Below, in pieces: positions 6,407 to 13,152 of a stretch of 13,152 bases of DNA. A program made the position numbers and the translations under genes. The stretch's first letter is position 1, and each line of letters opens with the position of its first letter. The notes under the pieces are model-generated. The model was given only the letters and a program-made list of their open reading frames with translations, was not told where the DNA came from and made no database searches. The DNA is taken from positions 1-13,152 of the IMG/VR virus record IMGVR_UViG_2698536428_000004; one strand, 5' to 3'. The DNA is from a virus (taxonomy: Duplodnaviria > Heunggongvirae > Uroviricota > Caudoviricetes).

Positions 6407-6922
6407 ATGGCGTTAACACACCGCGAACTCTGTCAGATTGCGTACAAGTTCCTTAAGCGCAACGGGTTCAAGGTTTGCTTTCATGACCGCTTTATAGCTG
6501 TAACCAGTACCGGAGAACAGCCAGATGCTATGGGATTCAGAAATTCAGCATCATGCCTGATAGAGGCGAAGTGTTCTCGTGCTGACTTGTTGGCAGATAG
6601 AAAAAAGCGTTTCCGTAAAAATCCCTCTCTTGGCATGGGCGACTGGAGATTCTTTATTAGTGAGCCGGGAATTATTTCAATTGAGGATTTACCACCTGGC
6701 TGGGGATTACTTCACGTTGTTAACGGAAGAGTACGGAAAGTACATGGGTGGCCCAAGGGTAATTGCTGTTGGGGTGATCCTGACGATAAGCCATTTACTG
6801 GAAATAAGCAGGTTGAATGCGATTACATGTTGTCTGCATTAAGGCGCATGGAGTTGAGGGGACACCTTAATGAAATATATGACGGTGTAATCGTTAATAA
6901 GCAAGAAGGAAGCGCGGCATGA
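6407..6922 (+). CDS. Putative PD-(D/E)xK-type nuclease (VRR-NUC/MmcB-like), hypothetical
   Basis: ATG 6407 preceded by AAGGAGA; 171 aa; motif GEQPDAMGF...[11 protein letters not shown] matches the D...(D/E)xK core of restriction-endonuclease-fold nucleases. Assignment is by motif only. Confidence 0.5.
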   Translation: MALTHRELCQIAYKFLKRNGFKVCFHDRFIAVTSTGEQPDAMGFRNSASCLIEAKCSRADLLADRKKRFRKNPSLGMGDWRFFISEPGIISIEDLPPGWGLLHVVNGRVRKVHGWPKGNCCWGDPDDKPFTGNKQVECDYMLSALRRMELRGHLNEIYDGVIVNKQEGSAA

Positions 6923-7263
6923 CCACTTTTACCAGAGAGCAGTTAATAGCTCACGCAGAGGAGACTATTGAAGCACAGAGACTGTGCATACCGGGCACAA
7001 TCGACCATGACATCATCCGCACATATAAGATGGATATTGCTGTTCTGGAAATCGCACTGGCATCGCTGGCAGCAGAGCCAGCCGGTAAATTGCATGAATA
7101 CAAACCAGTGGGACATCAGCGTCTGGTCGACGAGTTAACCATGCTGGTAAAGCAGTTAACCTGGCAACTGAGGAAAACGAAGCCGGACTGTAAATTGCCG
7201 GGTAAGGCGATGGACTACCTGAAGCGAAACGGACTGATAAGCGCAGAGGATGTTTTACGATGA
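6919..7263 (+). CDS. Hypothetical protein (114 aa)
   Basis: ORF with ATGA overlap to the upstream gene; no motif recognised. Confidence 0.5.
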   Translation: MTTFTREQLIAHAEETIEAQRLCIPGTIDHDIIRTYKMDIAVLEIALASLAAEPAGKLHEYKPVGHQRLVDELTMLVKQLTWQLRKTKPDCKLPGKAMDYLKRNGLISAEDVLR

Positions 7264-7343
7264 CCTGGCCTGAGGCATTCACAACGGTAGGGATCGCAAT
7301 GGCGGTGGCGCTGGTGGTGTATTCGATTTGTCGCTGGGGATAA
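7260..7343 (+). CDS. Candidate 27-aa single-pass membrane peptide
   Basis: Not in the ORF track. ATG 7260 overlaps the upstream stop (ATGA); AGAGGA 8 nt upstream; hand-translated as [27 protein letters not shown] with a hydrophobic core. Confidence 0.3.
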   Translation: MTWPEAFTTVGIAMAVALVVYSICRWG

Positions 7344-7350
7344 AAACGAT

Positions 7351-7378
7351 TTGCGGGGAAAGGATAGTTAAGTAGAAT
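7351..7378 (+). promoter_or_regulatory. Candidate hok mRNA promoter
   Basis: TTGCGG (7351-7356), 16 nt spacer, TAGAAT (7373-7378); the predicted 5' end near 7381-7385 coincides with the upstream complementary box of the hok mRNA. Confidence 0.35.
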
Positions 7379-7435
7379 TGCTGCGGGTGCTTGAGGCTAT
7401 CTGTCTCAGGCATGAATACCAAAAGGCAGATAGAG

Positions 7436-7515
7436 AAAAGCCCCAGTTAACATTGCGCGTCCGGCAAGACGCTTAACATTAATCTGAGGCCATATCTATG
7501 CTCTACACACGTAGG
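7436..7515 (-). ncRNA. sok: Candidate Sok-like antisense RNA (approximate boundaries)
   Basis: By analogy with hok/sok loci the antisense RNA lies opposite the hok leader. The minus strand shows a possible -35/-10 (TTGCCT, 17 nt, TAACCT; plus coordinates about 7551-7523) and a hairpin GCGTC-TTGCCG-GACGC (plus coordinates about 7459-7474). Ends are not defined by sequence alone. Confidence 0.3.
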
Positions 7516-7554
7516 TTAGCCTCTTACGTGCCGAAAGGCAAGGAGAAGCAGGCT

Positions 7555-7710
7555 ATGAAGCAGCAAAAGGCGATGCTAATCGCCCTTATCGTCATCTGTT
7601 TAACCGTCATAGTGACGGCACTGGTAACGAGGAAAGACCTCTGCGAGGTACGAATCCGAACCGGCCAGACGGAGGTCGCTGTCTTCACAGTCTACGAACC
7701 TGAGGAGTAA
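7555..7710 (+). CDS. hok: Hok/Gef-family type I toxin (51 aa membrane peptide)
   Basis: MKQQKAMLIALIVICLTVIVTALVTRKDLCEVRIRTGQTEVAVFTVYEPEE closely parallels recalled Hok ([52 protein letters not shown]); AAGGAGA RBS; the track ORF 7498-7710 is an in-frame 5' extension. Confidence 0.85.
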   Translation: MKQQKAMLIALIVICLTVIVTALVTRKDLCEVRIRTGQTEVAVFTVYEPEE

Positions 7711-7778
7711 GAGACCAGGCGGGGGAGAAATCTCCCGCCACCTCTGATGTGTCAGGCATCCTCAACGCACCCGCGCTT

Positions 7779-7806
7779 AACCCGCTTCGTCGGGTTTTGT
7801 TTTTTC
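7779..7806 (+). terminator. Rho-independent terminator of the hok transcript
   Basis: AACCCG-CTTCGT-CGGGTT hairpin followed by TTGTTTTTT. Confidence 0.6.
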
Positions 7807-7877
7807 CTGGCATTCTGGTTTACAATTCGCATGCCAGCCTGAACAACTGGCACCTGCTGCGCCAGCAGAGACAACCG

Positions 7878-8156
7878 ATGGCGCACGATACCAAATTATA
7901 CAATTCTGATAATTCAGCCGTCTTTGCCAGCAGGCACGGGCGGCGTTCTCATGCATTCAAATCTGACTGGTTCCAGCACGCCCCATGCACTGAAGAACAG
8001 GCCGAATGGCTGATTCAGAACTACCGCAGACGTGGGTATGAGTTTAGGAAAACCCTCAGCCTCGATTATCGTCACTGGATAATCTCCGTCAGGCTTCCTT
8101 ACTCTGAACGCCCACCGCGTCCGTCCCGCACATTCCAGCAACGCATCTGGAGGTAA
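7878..8156 (+). CDS. Hypothetical protein (92 aa); position corresponds to rem of Qin-type prophages
   Basis: Internal ATG at 7878 chosen because the upstream part of the track ORF (from 7749) overlaps the hok terminator; weak RBS; family not recognised from sequence. Confidence 0.4.
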   Translation: MAHDTKLYNSDNSAVFASRHGRRSHAFKSDWFQHAPCTEEQAEWLIQNYRRRGYEFRKTLSLDYRHWIISVRLPYSERPPRPSRTFQQRIWR

Positions 8157-8157
8157 C

Positions 8158-9207
8158 GTGCGGGTATTACTTCGACCTGTTCTGGTTCCGGAACTCGGGC
8201 TGGTGGTCCTTAAGCCAGGCCGTGAATCCATGCCTATATTCCACAATACCCGGGTACTGGTGGAGCCGGAACCGAAAAGCATGCGTAATCTGCCGTCCGG
8301 GGTCGTTCCTGCCGTTCGCCAGCCGCTGGTGGAAGACAAAACATTGCTGCCGTTTTTCAGTAACGCACGGGTAATTCGTGCTGCTGGTGGTGCTGGTGCA
8401 TTGTCTGACTGGCTGTTGCGCCATATTAAATCCTGCCAGTGGCCACACGGCGATTATCATCACAGCGAAACCGTTATTCACCGTTATGGTACCGGCGCAA
8501 TGGTGTTGTGCTGGCACTGCGACAACCAGCTGCGTGACCAGACATCCGAATCACTCGAGCAACTTGCTCATCAAAACTTGTCAGCATGGATGATTGACGT
8601 CATACGCCATGCAATGAATGGCACGCAGGAGCGGGAATTATCGCTGGCTGAATTATCCTGGTGGGCGGTCTGCAATCAGGTGGCGGACGCGCTACCAGAG
8701 GCAGCATTACGTCGTTCTCTGGGGTTACGTGCGGAAAAAATTCGCTCAGTATACCGCGAGAGCGACATCGTGCCGGGAGAGCAGACCGCCACCAGCATCC
8801 TGAAACAGCGCACAAAAAATCTTGCGCCGCTGCCTCACGCCCACCAGCAACAGAACTCACCACAGGAAAAGACGGTGGTCAGCATTGCCGTTGATCCTGA
8901 GTCTCCGGAATCTTTCATGAAACGACCTAAACGTCGCCGCTGGGTTAACGAGAAATACAAACGCTGGGTGAAGACACAGCCGTGTGCGTGTTGTGGTAAG
9001 CCAGCCGACGATCCCCATCACCTGATTGGTCATGGTCAGGGCGGAATGGGGACAAAATCTCACGATATTTTCACGCTACCGCTGTGTCGGGAGCATCACA
9101 ACGAGCTTCATGCGGATCCGCTGGCGTTCGAAGAAAAGCATGGTTCTCAGGTTGATTTAATTTTTCGTTTTCTTGATCACGCCTTTGCAACTGGCGTGCT
9201 TGGGTAA
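8158..9207 (+). CDS. DUF968-family protein with C-terminal HNH-like Cys/His motif (YdfU/Ref-like)
   Basis: 349 aa from GTG 8158 (GGAGG upstream); C-terminal CACCGKPADDPHHLIGHGQGG...LCREHHNELH is an HNH/zinc-binding signature; length and position (hok, small ORF, this gene, then antiterminator) mirror ydfU of Qin. Confidence 0.65.
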   Translation: MRVLLRPVLVPELGLVVLKPGRESMPIFHNTRVLVEPEPKSMRNLPSGVVPAVRQPLVEDKTLLPFFSNARVIRAAGGAGALSDWLLRHIKSCQWPHGDYHHSETVIHRYGTGAMVLCWHCDNQLRDQTSESLEQLAHQNLSAWMIDVIRHAMNGTQERELSLAELSWWAVCNQVADALPEAALRRSLGLRAEKIRSVYRESDIVPGEQTATSILKQRTKNLAPLPHAHQQQNSPQEKTVVSIAVDPESPESFMKRPKRRRWVNEKYKRWVKTQPCACCGKPADDPHHLIGHGQGGMGTKSHDIFTLPLCREHHNELHADPLAFEEKHGSQVDLIFRFLDHAFATGVLG

Positions 9208-9219
9208 AAGAGGTGACTG

Positions 9220-9579
9220 ATGCTCATAGATTTGGTTTTACCTTACCCGCCGACGGTGAACACTTACTGGCGACGCCGTGGCAGCACATATTTTGTATCA
9301 AAAGCCGGGGAGCGTTATCGCCGGGCAGTGGCGCTTATTGTTCGCCAGCAGCGCTTGAAATTAAGCCTGTCCGGACGGTTGGCAATAAAAATTATTGCAG
9401 AACCACCGGATAAGCGCCGCCGTGACCTGGACAATATTCTGAAAGCACCGCTGGATGCGCTTACGCATGCGGGGTTGTTAATGGACGATGAGCAGTTTGA
9501 TGAAATCAATATTGTACGTGGTCAGCTTGTTCTTGGTGGTCGGCTGGGTGTGAAGATTTACAAAATTGAGAGTGAGTGA
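9220..9579 (+). CDS. rusA: Crossover junction endodeoxyribonuclease RusA (Holliday junction resolvase)
   Basis: 119 aa; AAGAGGTGA RBS; LPYPPTVNTYWRR...PDKRRRDLDNILKAPLDALTHAGLLMDDEQ parallels E. coli RusA (LPWPPSNNRYYRH...[30 protein letters not shown]). Confidence 0.85.
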   Translation: MLIDLVLPYPPTVNTYWRRRGSTYFVSKAGERYRRAVALIVRQQRLKLSLSGRLAIKIIAEPPDKRRRDLDNILKAPLDALTHAGLLMDDEQFDEINIVRGQLVLGGRLGVKIYKIESE

Positions 9580-10148
9580 GCGTAAATATGATATATCCGG
9601 AAATTACAGGCAAAAGCGGCGAACATTTACGCCTGAACACGCTGGAAGCAGTCTGGATCCAGGGGAAATTACGGATGTGGGGGCGGTGGTCGTATATCGG
9701 TGGGGGTAAATCCGGAAATATGTTTAACCGGTTACTGGTTTCGAAAAAGCTGACGAAAACAGCAGTTAATGAGGTTTTACGCAGAATGAAGAAATCCGGG
9801 CTGGAAAAACCGGAACTTGAGGCATTTTTTCGGGATATGACCAGAGGGAAGCAGAAGAGCTGGTTGTCACATTGTACAGACACAGAGGCGTTGATTATTG
9901 ATCGCGTTATCAGTGAGGTGCTTGGGGAATATCCCGGACTAATCAATATTCTCCGGCAAAGGTACGAAGGACGGGGAATGAGCAAACTGAAAATGGCCGA
10001 AAGGTTAAATGCAGATCATCCTGAGTGGACGTTGGTTACGTGCAGACGCCGAATTGATCAGTGGTTGGGGATATCTGAATTTATGTTACATGCCCCCATG
10101 CGTATGGCTTTTGTTACAGAGAAAAAAATGTTGCAAACTGATCAATAA
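9576..10148 (+). CDS. Probable late-gene antiterminator (Q-like), assigned mainly by position
   Basis: 190 aa ORF immediately after rusA (start GTG 9576 or ATG 9588) and immediately before a short region with a strong intrinsic terminator, the position lambdoid phages give to Q; the family was not confirmed by a motif I can name. Confidence 0.4.
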   Translation: MSVNMIYPEITGKSGEHLRLNTLEAVWIQGKLRMWGRWSYIGGGKSGNMFNRLLVSKKLTKTAVNEVLRRMKKSGLEKPELEAFFRDMTRGKQKSWLSHCTDTEALIIDRVISEVLGEYPGLINILRQRYEGRGMSKLKMAERLNADHPEWTLVTCRRRIDQWLGISEFMLHAPMRMAFVTEKKMLQTDQ

Positions 10149-10220
10149 ACTGCTTCAATCCGTATAAGCTTCGCAAGGCTGTATCGCGAGGCGAAATGCA
10201 AGTTTTTTTCGCACAAGGAA

Positions 10221-10243
10221 GCCACCGGAAGGTGGTTTTTTTG
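10221..10243 (+). terminator. Rho-independent terminator (candidate tR-prime-like, Q-antiterminated)
   Basis: GCCACC-GGAA-GGTGG hairpin followed by TTTTTTT, about 75 nt after the Q-like stop; a second T7 run at 10203-10209 lies just upstream. Confidence 0.55.
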
Positions 10244-10365
10244 TGTCCGTAATATACAGCAGCGCAATAAATTCGCTGGTGGTTATTAATACCGTTCTTT
10301 CAGCTTGCTGGCTTTTTCGACAAGAGTTATTGGTGTGTCACGTTAACCGGAAAAGGGAAAAAGAC

Positions 10366-10563
10366 ATGCTGAAACAGCAGGATATGACCGAAACCGCCAG
10401 AGTGGTGTTTAATGAATTAAGCGTCACCGAACCGGCGACAGTCGGGGAGATTGCACAGAATACGTACCTTTCACGCGAACGCTGTCAGTTAATACTGACC
10501 CAGCTTGTTATGGCTGGGCTGGCAGACTATCAGTTCGGTTGTTACAGACGCCTTCAGTCCTGA
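10366..10563 (+). CDS. Small hypothetical protein (65 aa), winged-helix-like
   Basis: ATG 10366 preceded by a purine-rich tract (AAAGGGAAAAAGA); MLKQQDMTETARVVFNELSVTEPATVGEIAQNTYLSRERCQLILTQLVMAGLADY...; a strong terminator overlaps its stop. Confidence 0.4.
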   Translation: MLKQQDMTETARVVFNELSVTEPATVGEIAQNTYLSRERCQLILTQLVMAGLADYQFGCYRRLQS

Positions 10564-10576
10564 AGGCTTTTTTATT
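10550..10576 (+). terminator. Rho-independent terminator
   Basis: GCCTTCAG-TC-CTGAAGGC perfect inverted repeat followed by TTTTTTATTT; the stop codon of the upstream small ORF lies inside the stem. Confidence 0.55.
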
Positions 10577-11131
10577 TGTGGTAAATGGGCGGCTGATGGG
10601 TGTGGTGGTTGTTGCTTTCCCGTTGCTGAAAAAGAAAGCATCAGGCGATTAGCAGGGTATCAGTTACCCGTTGAAATTTTTAAATACCTCACAATTCAGG
10701 CGGTTGACTGTTGTCTGGTTTGCGGGGAGTTTGTTAAAAGAAACTGGCATGGTGAATCCCCCTGTGCGGAGGGGCAATCAGCAACTGGTGTTTTGTCACC
10801 GACCCTTATCCTTTCTGTGCGGGTTCAGGTGCTGATACTGAACTCACCGGGAGGCAACCGGCACCATGCAATGGCACATAGCGCCACTCTCCAGCCCCTC
10901 TCCGGAGGGGCTTTCTTGTGGGCAAAAAAAAGCCTGAGTGGGTTCGGGCAACAGCATGAGATATACATTTTTATAATCGAATGGATTTTAACCAGAATTC
11001 ATAAGGCTGCGCAACTGCGCGGTCTTTTTCGAATTGCGGGCTGTCGTCTCCCTTCTGCCATTGTCCTGTAACTTCCGGACTTCAGCCCGCTCCTTATTTT
11101 ACTCACAATATTATCCCGGCCGGGAGGATTC

Positions 11132-13120
11132 ATGGCATTTAAACACTATGATGTGGTCAGGGCGGCATCGCCGTCAGACCTTGCGGATGCGCTTGCTCAA
11201 AAAATTCGTGAAGGATGGCAACCATACGGCGGGCCGTTTTCTTCGTATACGGATGATGGCGCAGCACTTATTCAGGCGATTGTCGCAGAAGGTGATGTCA
11301 CCACACCTGTGGTGGTGAAGCCGTCGGATGGAGAAGGCACAGTTATCAGCACCACCAGCGAACCGGAGTATTACTTTGTTGTTGTTCTGGCGGGGCAGTC
11401 AAACTCAATGTCTTTTGGTGAAGGGCTGCCGCTGCCGGAGACATATGACCGTCCGGACCCGCGTATTAAACAGCTGGCGCGTCGCAGTACGGTGACGCCG
11501 GGTGGTGCCGCCTGTAAATATAACGACATCATTCCGGCAGACCACTGTCTGCATGATGTGCAGGATATGAGTAACCTGAATCATCCTCATGCAGACCTGA
11601 GTAAGGGACAGTACGGTTGTGTGGGGCATGCTCTGCATGTTGCCAAAAAGCTGCTGCCGTTTATGCCTGCGAATGCGGGTATCCTTCTTGTTCCATGTGG
11701 CCGTGGCGATTCGGGATTTACTGCGGGGGCCGAGGGGGCGTTTAACGAAGCGTCGGGAGCGACCGCAGGCTCGTCCCTGTGGGGGGCGGATAAACCGCTG
11801 TATCATGACCTGGTCAGCAGAACCCGTGCGGCCCTGAAGAAAAATCCGAAGAACGTGCTGTTATCAGTGATCTGGATGCAGGGAGAAAAAGATGTCAGTT
11901 CGGGGAGACATGCAGAACACAATGCGCTTTTCCTTGCCATGGTAAATCAGTTCCGTACGGAACTGGCAGATGTGGCAGAGCAGTGTACTGGCGGGACAAC
12001 GGCCAGCGTCCCGTGGATTTGCGGTGATACCACGTACTACTGGAAGGAAAGGTATGCAGTGCCGTATGAGGCGGTTTACGGTGGGTATAAAGGAAAAGCT
12101 GCGCAGAATATTCACTTTGTGCCGTTGATGACGGATGAGCATGGTGTGAATGTGCCGACAAACGAGCCGTCAGAAGATCCGGACATTATCCCGGCGGGAT
12201 ACTATGGCGCTGCGTCACGCACTGCCAGTAACTGGACGGCAGCCGATCGTAAAACGCACTTCAGTTCATGGGCGCGAAGAGGCCTTGTTTCAGACCGCCT
12301 GGCAGGTGCCATTTTGCAGTACGCCGGGCGGACATTATCGTTCCTTACCGGGCAGAGCGCACCGCAGTCGGGTGGTACAACGCCTGTCAGTCCGGGGACA
12401 CCGGATGTTGAGAAACCGCAGGATGGCGGTGTTGCTGGTACTGGTCATGATGAGGCCGTGAGCAGTACCAGGACGGTGGCTGAATATGATGCGAACAGTG
12501 GAAATGGTGCATTGACAGAGCAGCAGTGGGGCGCTTCCGGCGGCAAAGGCACTGTGACTGATGACGGTGGACGGAAAGCGCTGCGACTGGAAAAACAGCC
12601 CGGTAAACTGACGTCCTGGAAAATGTTCCGTACTATTGCAGTGGAGGAGGCAAAAAATCTTCTCAGCAAGGGGGGGGAAATTGCCGTACGGTTCAAAATT
12701 CCGGATGGAAGCGAGCTGGTGAACGGACAGTTTGTCTTTGGTATCTACTGGCCGGTGTCGCAGTGGGCGTCAGGCGCGACAGCAAACAGTATGCTGGCAT
12801 CATTCTTCCTTCAGACGGATACATCAAATCTTAATCTGATGCACCAGAAGGGCTCCTCGAATGCACAACTGGGTACATTTGGTACGTTTGACCATAACTG
12901 GCATACGGTTGTTTTCCGCTTTGCGGGAAATAACAGCGAAAGAGTTGTTCCGGTGATTGATGGTGCAGAGCAGACGGCATTTGACCTTGTGATGTGGACA
13001 AATGATGGCTTTACAGCAGATACGCTGACGCTGACAGATATCACGGGGGCAAAAGCGACGTATCCGGTACTGCTTGATACGGTCACAGTCAAAGTTAACG
13101 AAAACCGGGAATCAGCATAA
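11132..13120 (+). CDS. nanS: Prophage sialate O-acetylesterase (NanS-p type; DUF1737 N-terminus plus SASA/SGNH esterase domain)
   Basis: 662 aa; GGGAGGA RBS; N-terminus MAFKHYDVVRAASPSDLADAL...; esterase signature VVLAGQSNSM (GQSN catalytic-serine motif); location downstream of the Q/terminator region matches the nanS-p genes of EHEC lambdoid prophages. Confidence 0.75.
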   Translation: MAFKHYDVVRAASPSDLADALAQKIREGWQPYGGPFSSYTDDGAALIQAIVAEGDVTTPVVVKPSDGEGTVISTTSEPEYYFVVVLAGQSNSMSFGEGLPLPETYDRPDPRIKQLARRSTVTPGGAACKYNDIIPADHCLHDVQDMSNLNHPHADLSKGQYGCVGHALHVAKKLLPFMPANAGILLVPCGRGDSGFTAGAEGAFNEASGATAGSSLWGADKPLYHDLVSRTRAALKKNPKNVLLSVIWMQGEKDVSSGRHAEHNALFLAMVNQFRTELADVAEQCTGGTTASVPWICGDTTYYWKERYAVPYEAVYGGYKGKAAQNIHFVPLMTDEHGVNVPTNEPSEDPDIIPAGYYGAASRTASNWTAADRKTHFSSWARRGLVSDRLAGAILQYAGRTLSFLTGQSAPQSGGTTPVSPGTPDVEKPQDGGVAGTGHDEAVSSTRTVAEYDANSGNGALTEQQWGASGGKGTVTDDGGRKALRLEKQPGKLTSWKMFRTIAVEEAKNLLSKGGEIAVRFKIPDGSELVNGQFVFGIYWPVSQWASGATANSMLASFFLQTDTSNLNLMHQKGSSNAQLGTFGTFDHNWHTVVFRFAGNNSERVVPVIDGAEQTAFDLVMWTNDGFTADTLTLTDITGAKATYPVLLDTVTVKVNENRESA

Positions 13121-13152
13121 CCGGCAAAAAAAACCGCCAGCTGGCCTGAAAC

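Noticed and set aside
7498-7554. A separate mok reading frame overlapping hok
   Set aside because: The only upstream extension is in-frame with hok rather than a distinct overlapping frame, so it is treated as a possible N-terminal extension or leader and not called as a separate gene.
7914-8517. Minus-strand ORFs 7914-8339 and 8167-8517
   Set aside because: Antisense to the small pre-DUF968 gene and the DUF968/HNH gene; Ser/Thr/Arg/Gly-rich translations typical of shadow frames.
9506-9985. Minus-strand 159-aa ORF
   Set aside because: Antisense to rusA and the Q-like gene, which have better starts and a homology or positional rationale.
10505-11071. 188-aa plus-strand ORF spanning the post-Q intergenic region
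   Set aside because: It starts inside the upstream small gene, reads through a strong intrinsic terminator, has no RBS and an implausible Cys/Gly-rich, low-complexity translation; most likely a chance open frame.
10577-11131. tRNA genes downstream of the Q-like gene, as in some Stx phages
   Set aside because: No GGTTCGA/GGTTCAA-type T-loop with matching acceptor-stem pairing was found by eye; a covariance-model scan would be needed to exclude them fully.
11405-12696. Several minus-strand and alternative-frame ORFs inside the nanS-p gene (11405-11806, 11619-11837, 11864-12142, 11895-12161, 12150-12461, 12445-12696)
   Set aside because: They are nested in a 662-aa gene with a clear esterase motif and show Arg/His-rich compositions typical of out-of-frame translation.
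13121-13152. Terminator after nanS-p (CCGGCAAAAAAAACCGCCAGCTGGCC)
   Set aside because: The window ends before any complete hairpin plus T-tract can be seen.
1-13152. Integrase, attL/attR or insertion-sequence boundaries
   Set aside because: No integrase- or transposase-like ORF and no terminal inverted repeats were recognised; the window appears to lie wholly inside the prophage.

Overview
This window reads as the immunity-to-late-control segment of a lambdoid (Qin/Rac-like) enterobacterial prophage, annotated from sequence and recalled protein families only; no database search was run. On the minus strand sit a ParE/RelE-type toxin-antitoxin pair and an XRE-family repressor that lacks a peptidase domain. 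The plus strand carries a Cro-like YdaS/DicC-type regulator, a YdaT-like protein, an O-like replication initiator with two intragenic GTCAC iteron arrays, and a lambda P-like helicase loader. These are followed by about 3.7 kb of small uncharacterised accessory genes, a hok/sok-type locus, a DUF968/HNH protein, RusA, a probable Q-like antiterminator with a downstream terminator, and a NanS-p-type sialate O-acetylesterase moron. The best candidates for something undescribed are the small-gene cluster at 3667-7343 (tandem acidic mini-proteins, a putative PD-(D/E)xK nuclease, paralogous winged-helix proteins) and the roughly 560 bp apparently non-coding stretch upstream of nanS-p. No tRNA, rRNA, CRISPR array, integrase or att site was recognised.
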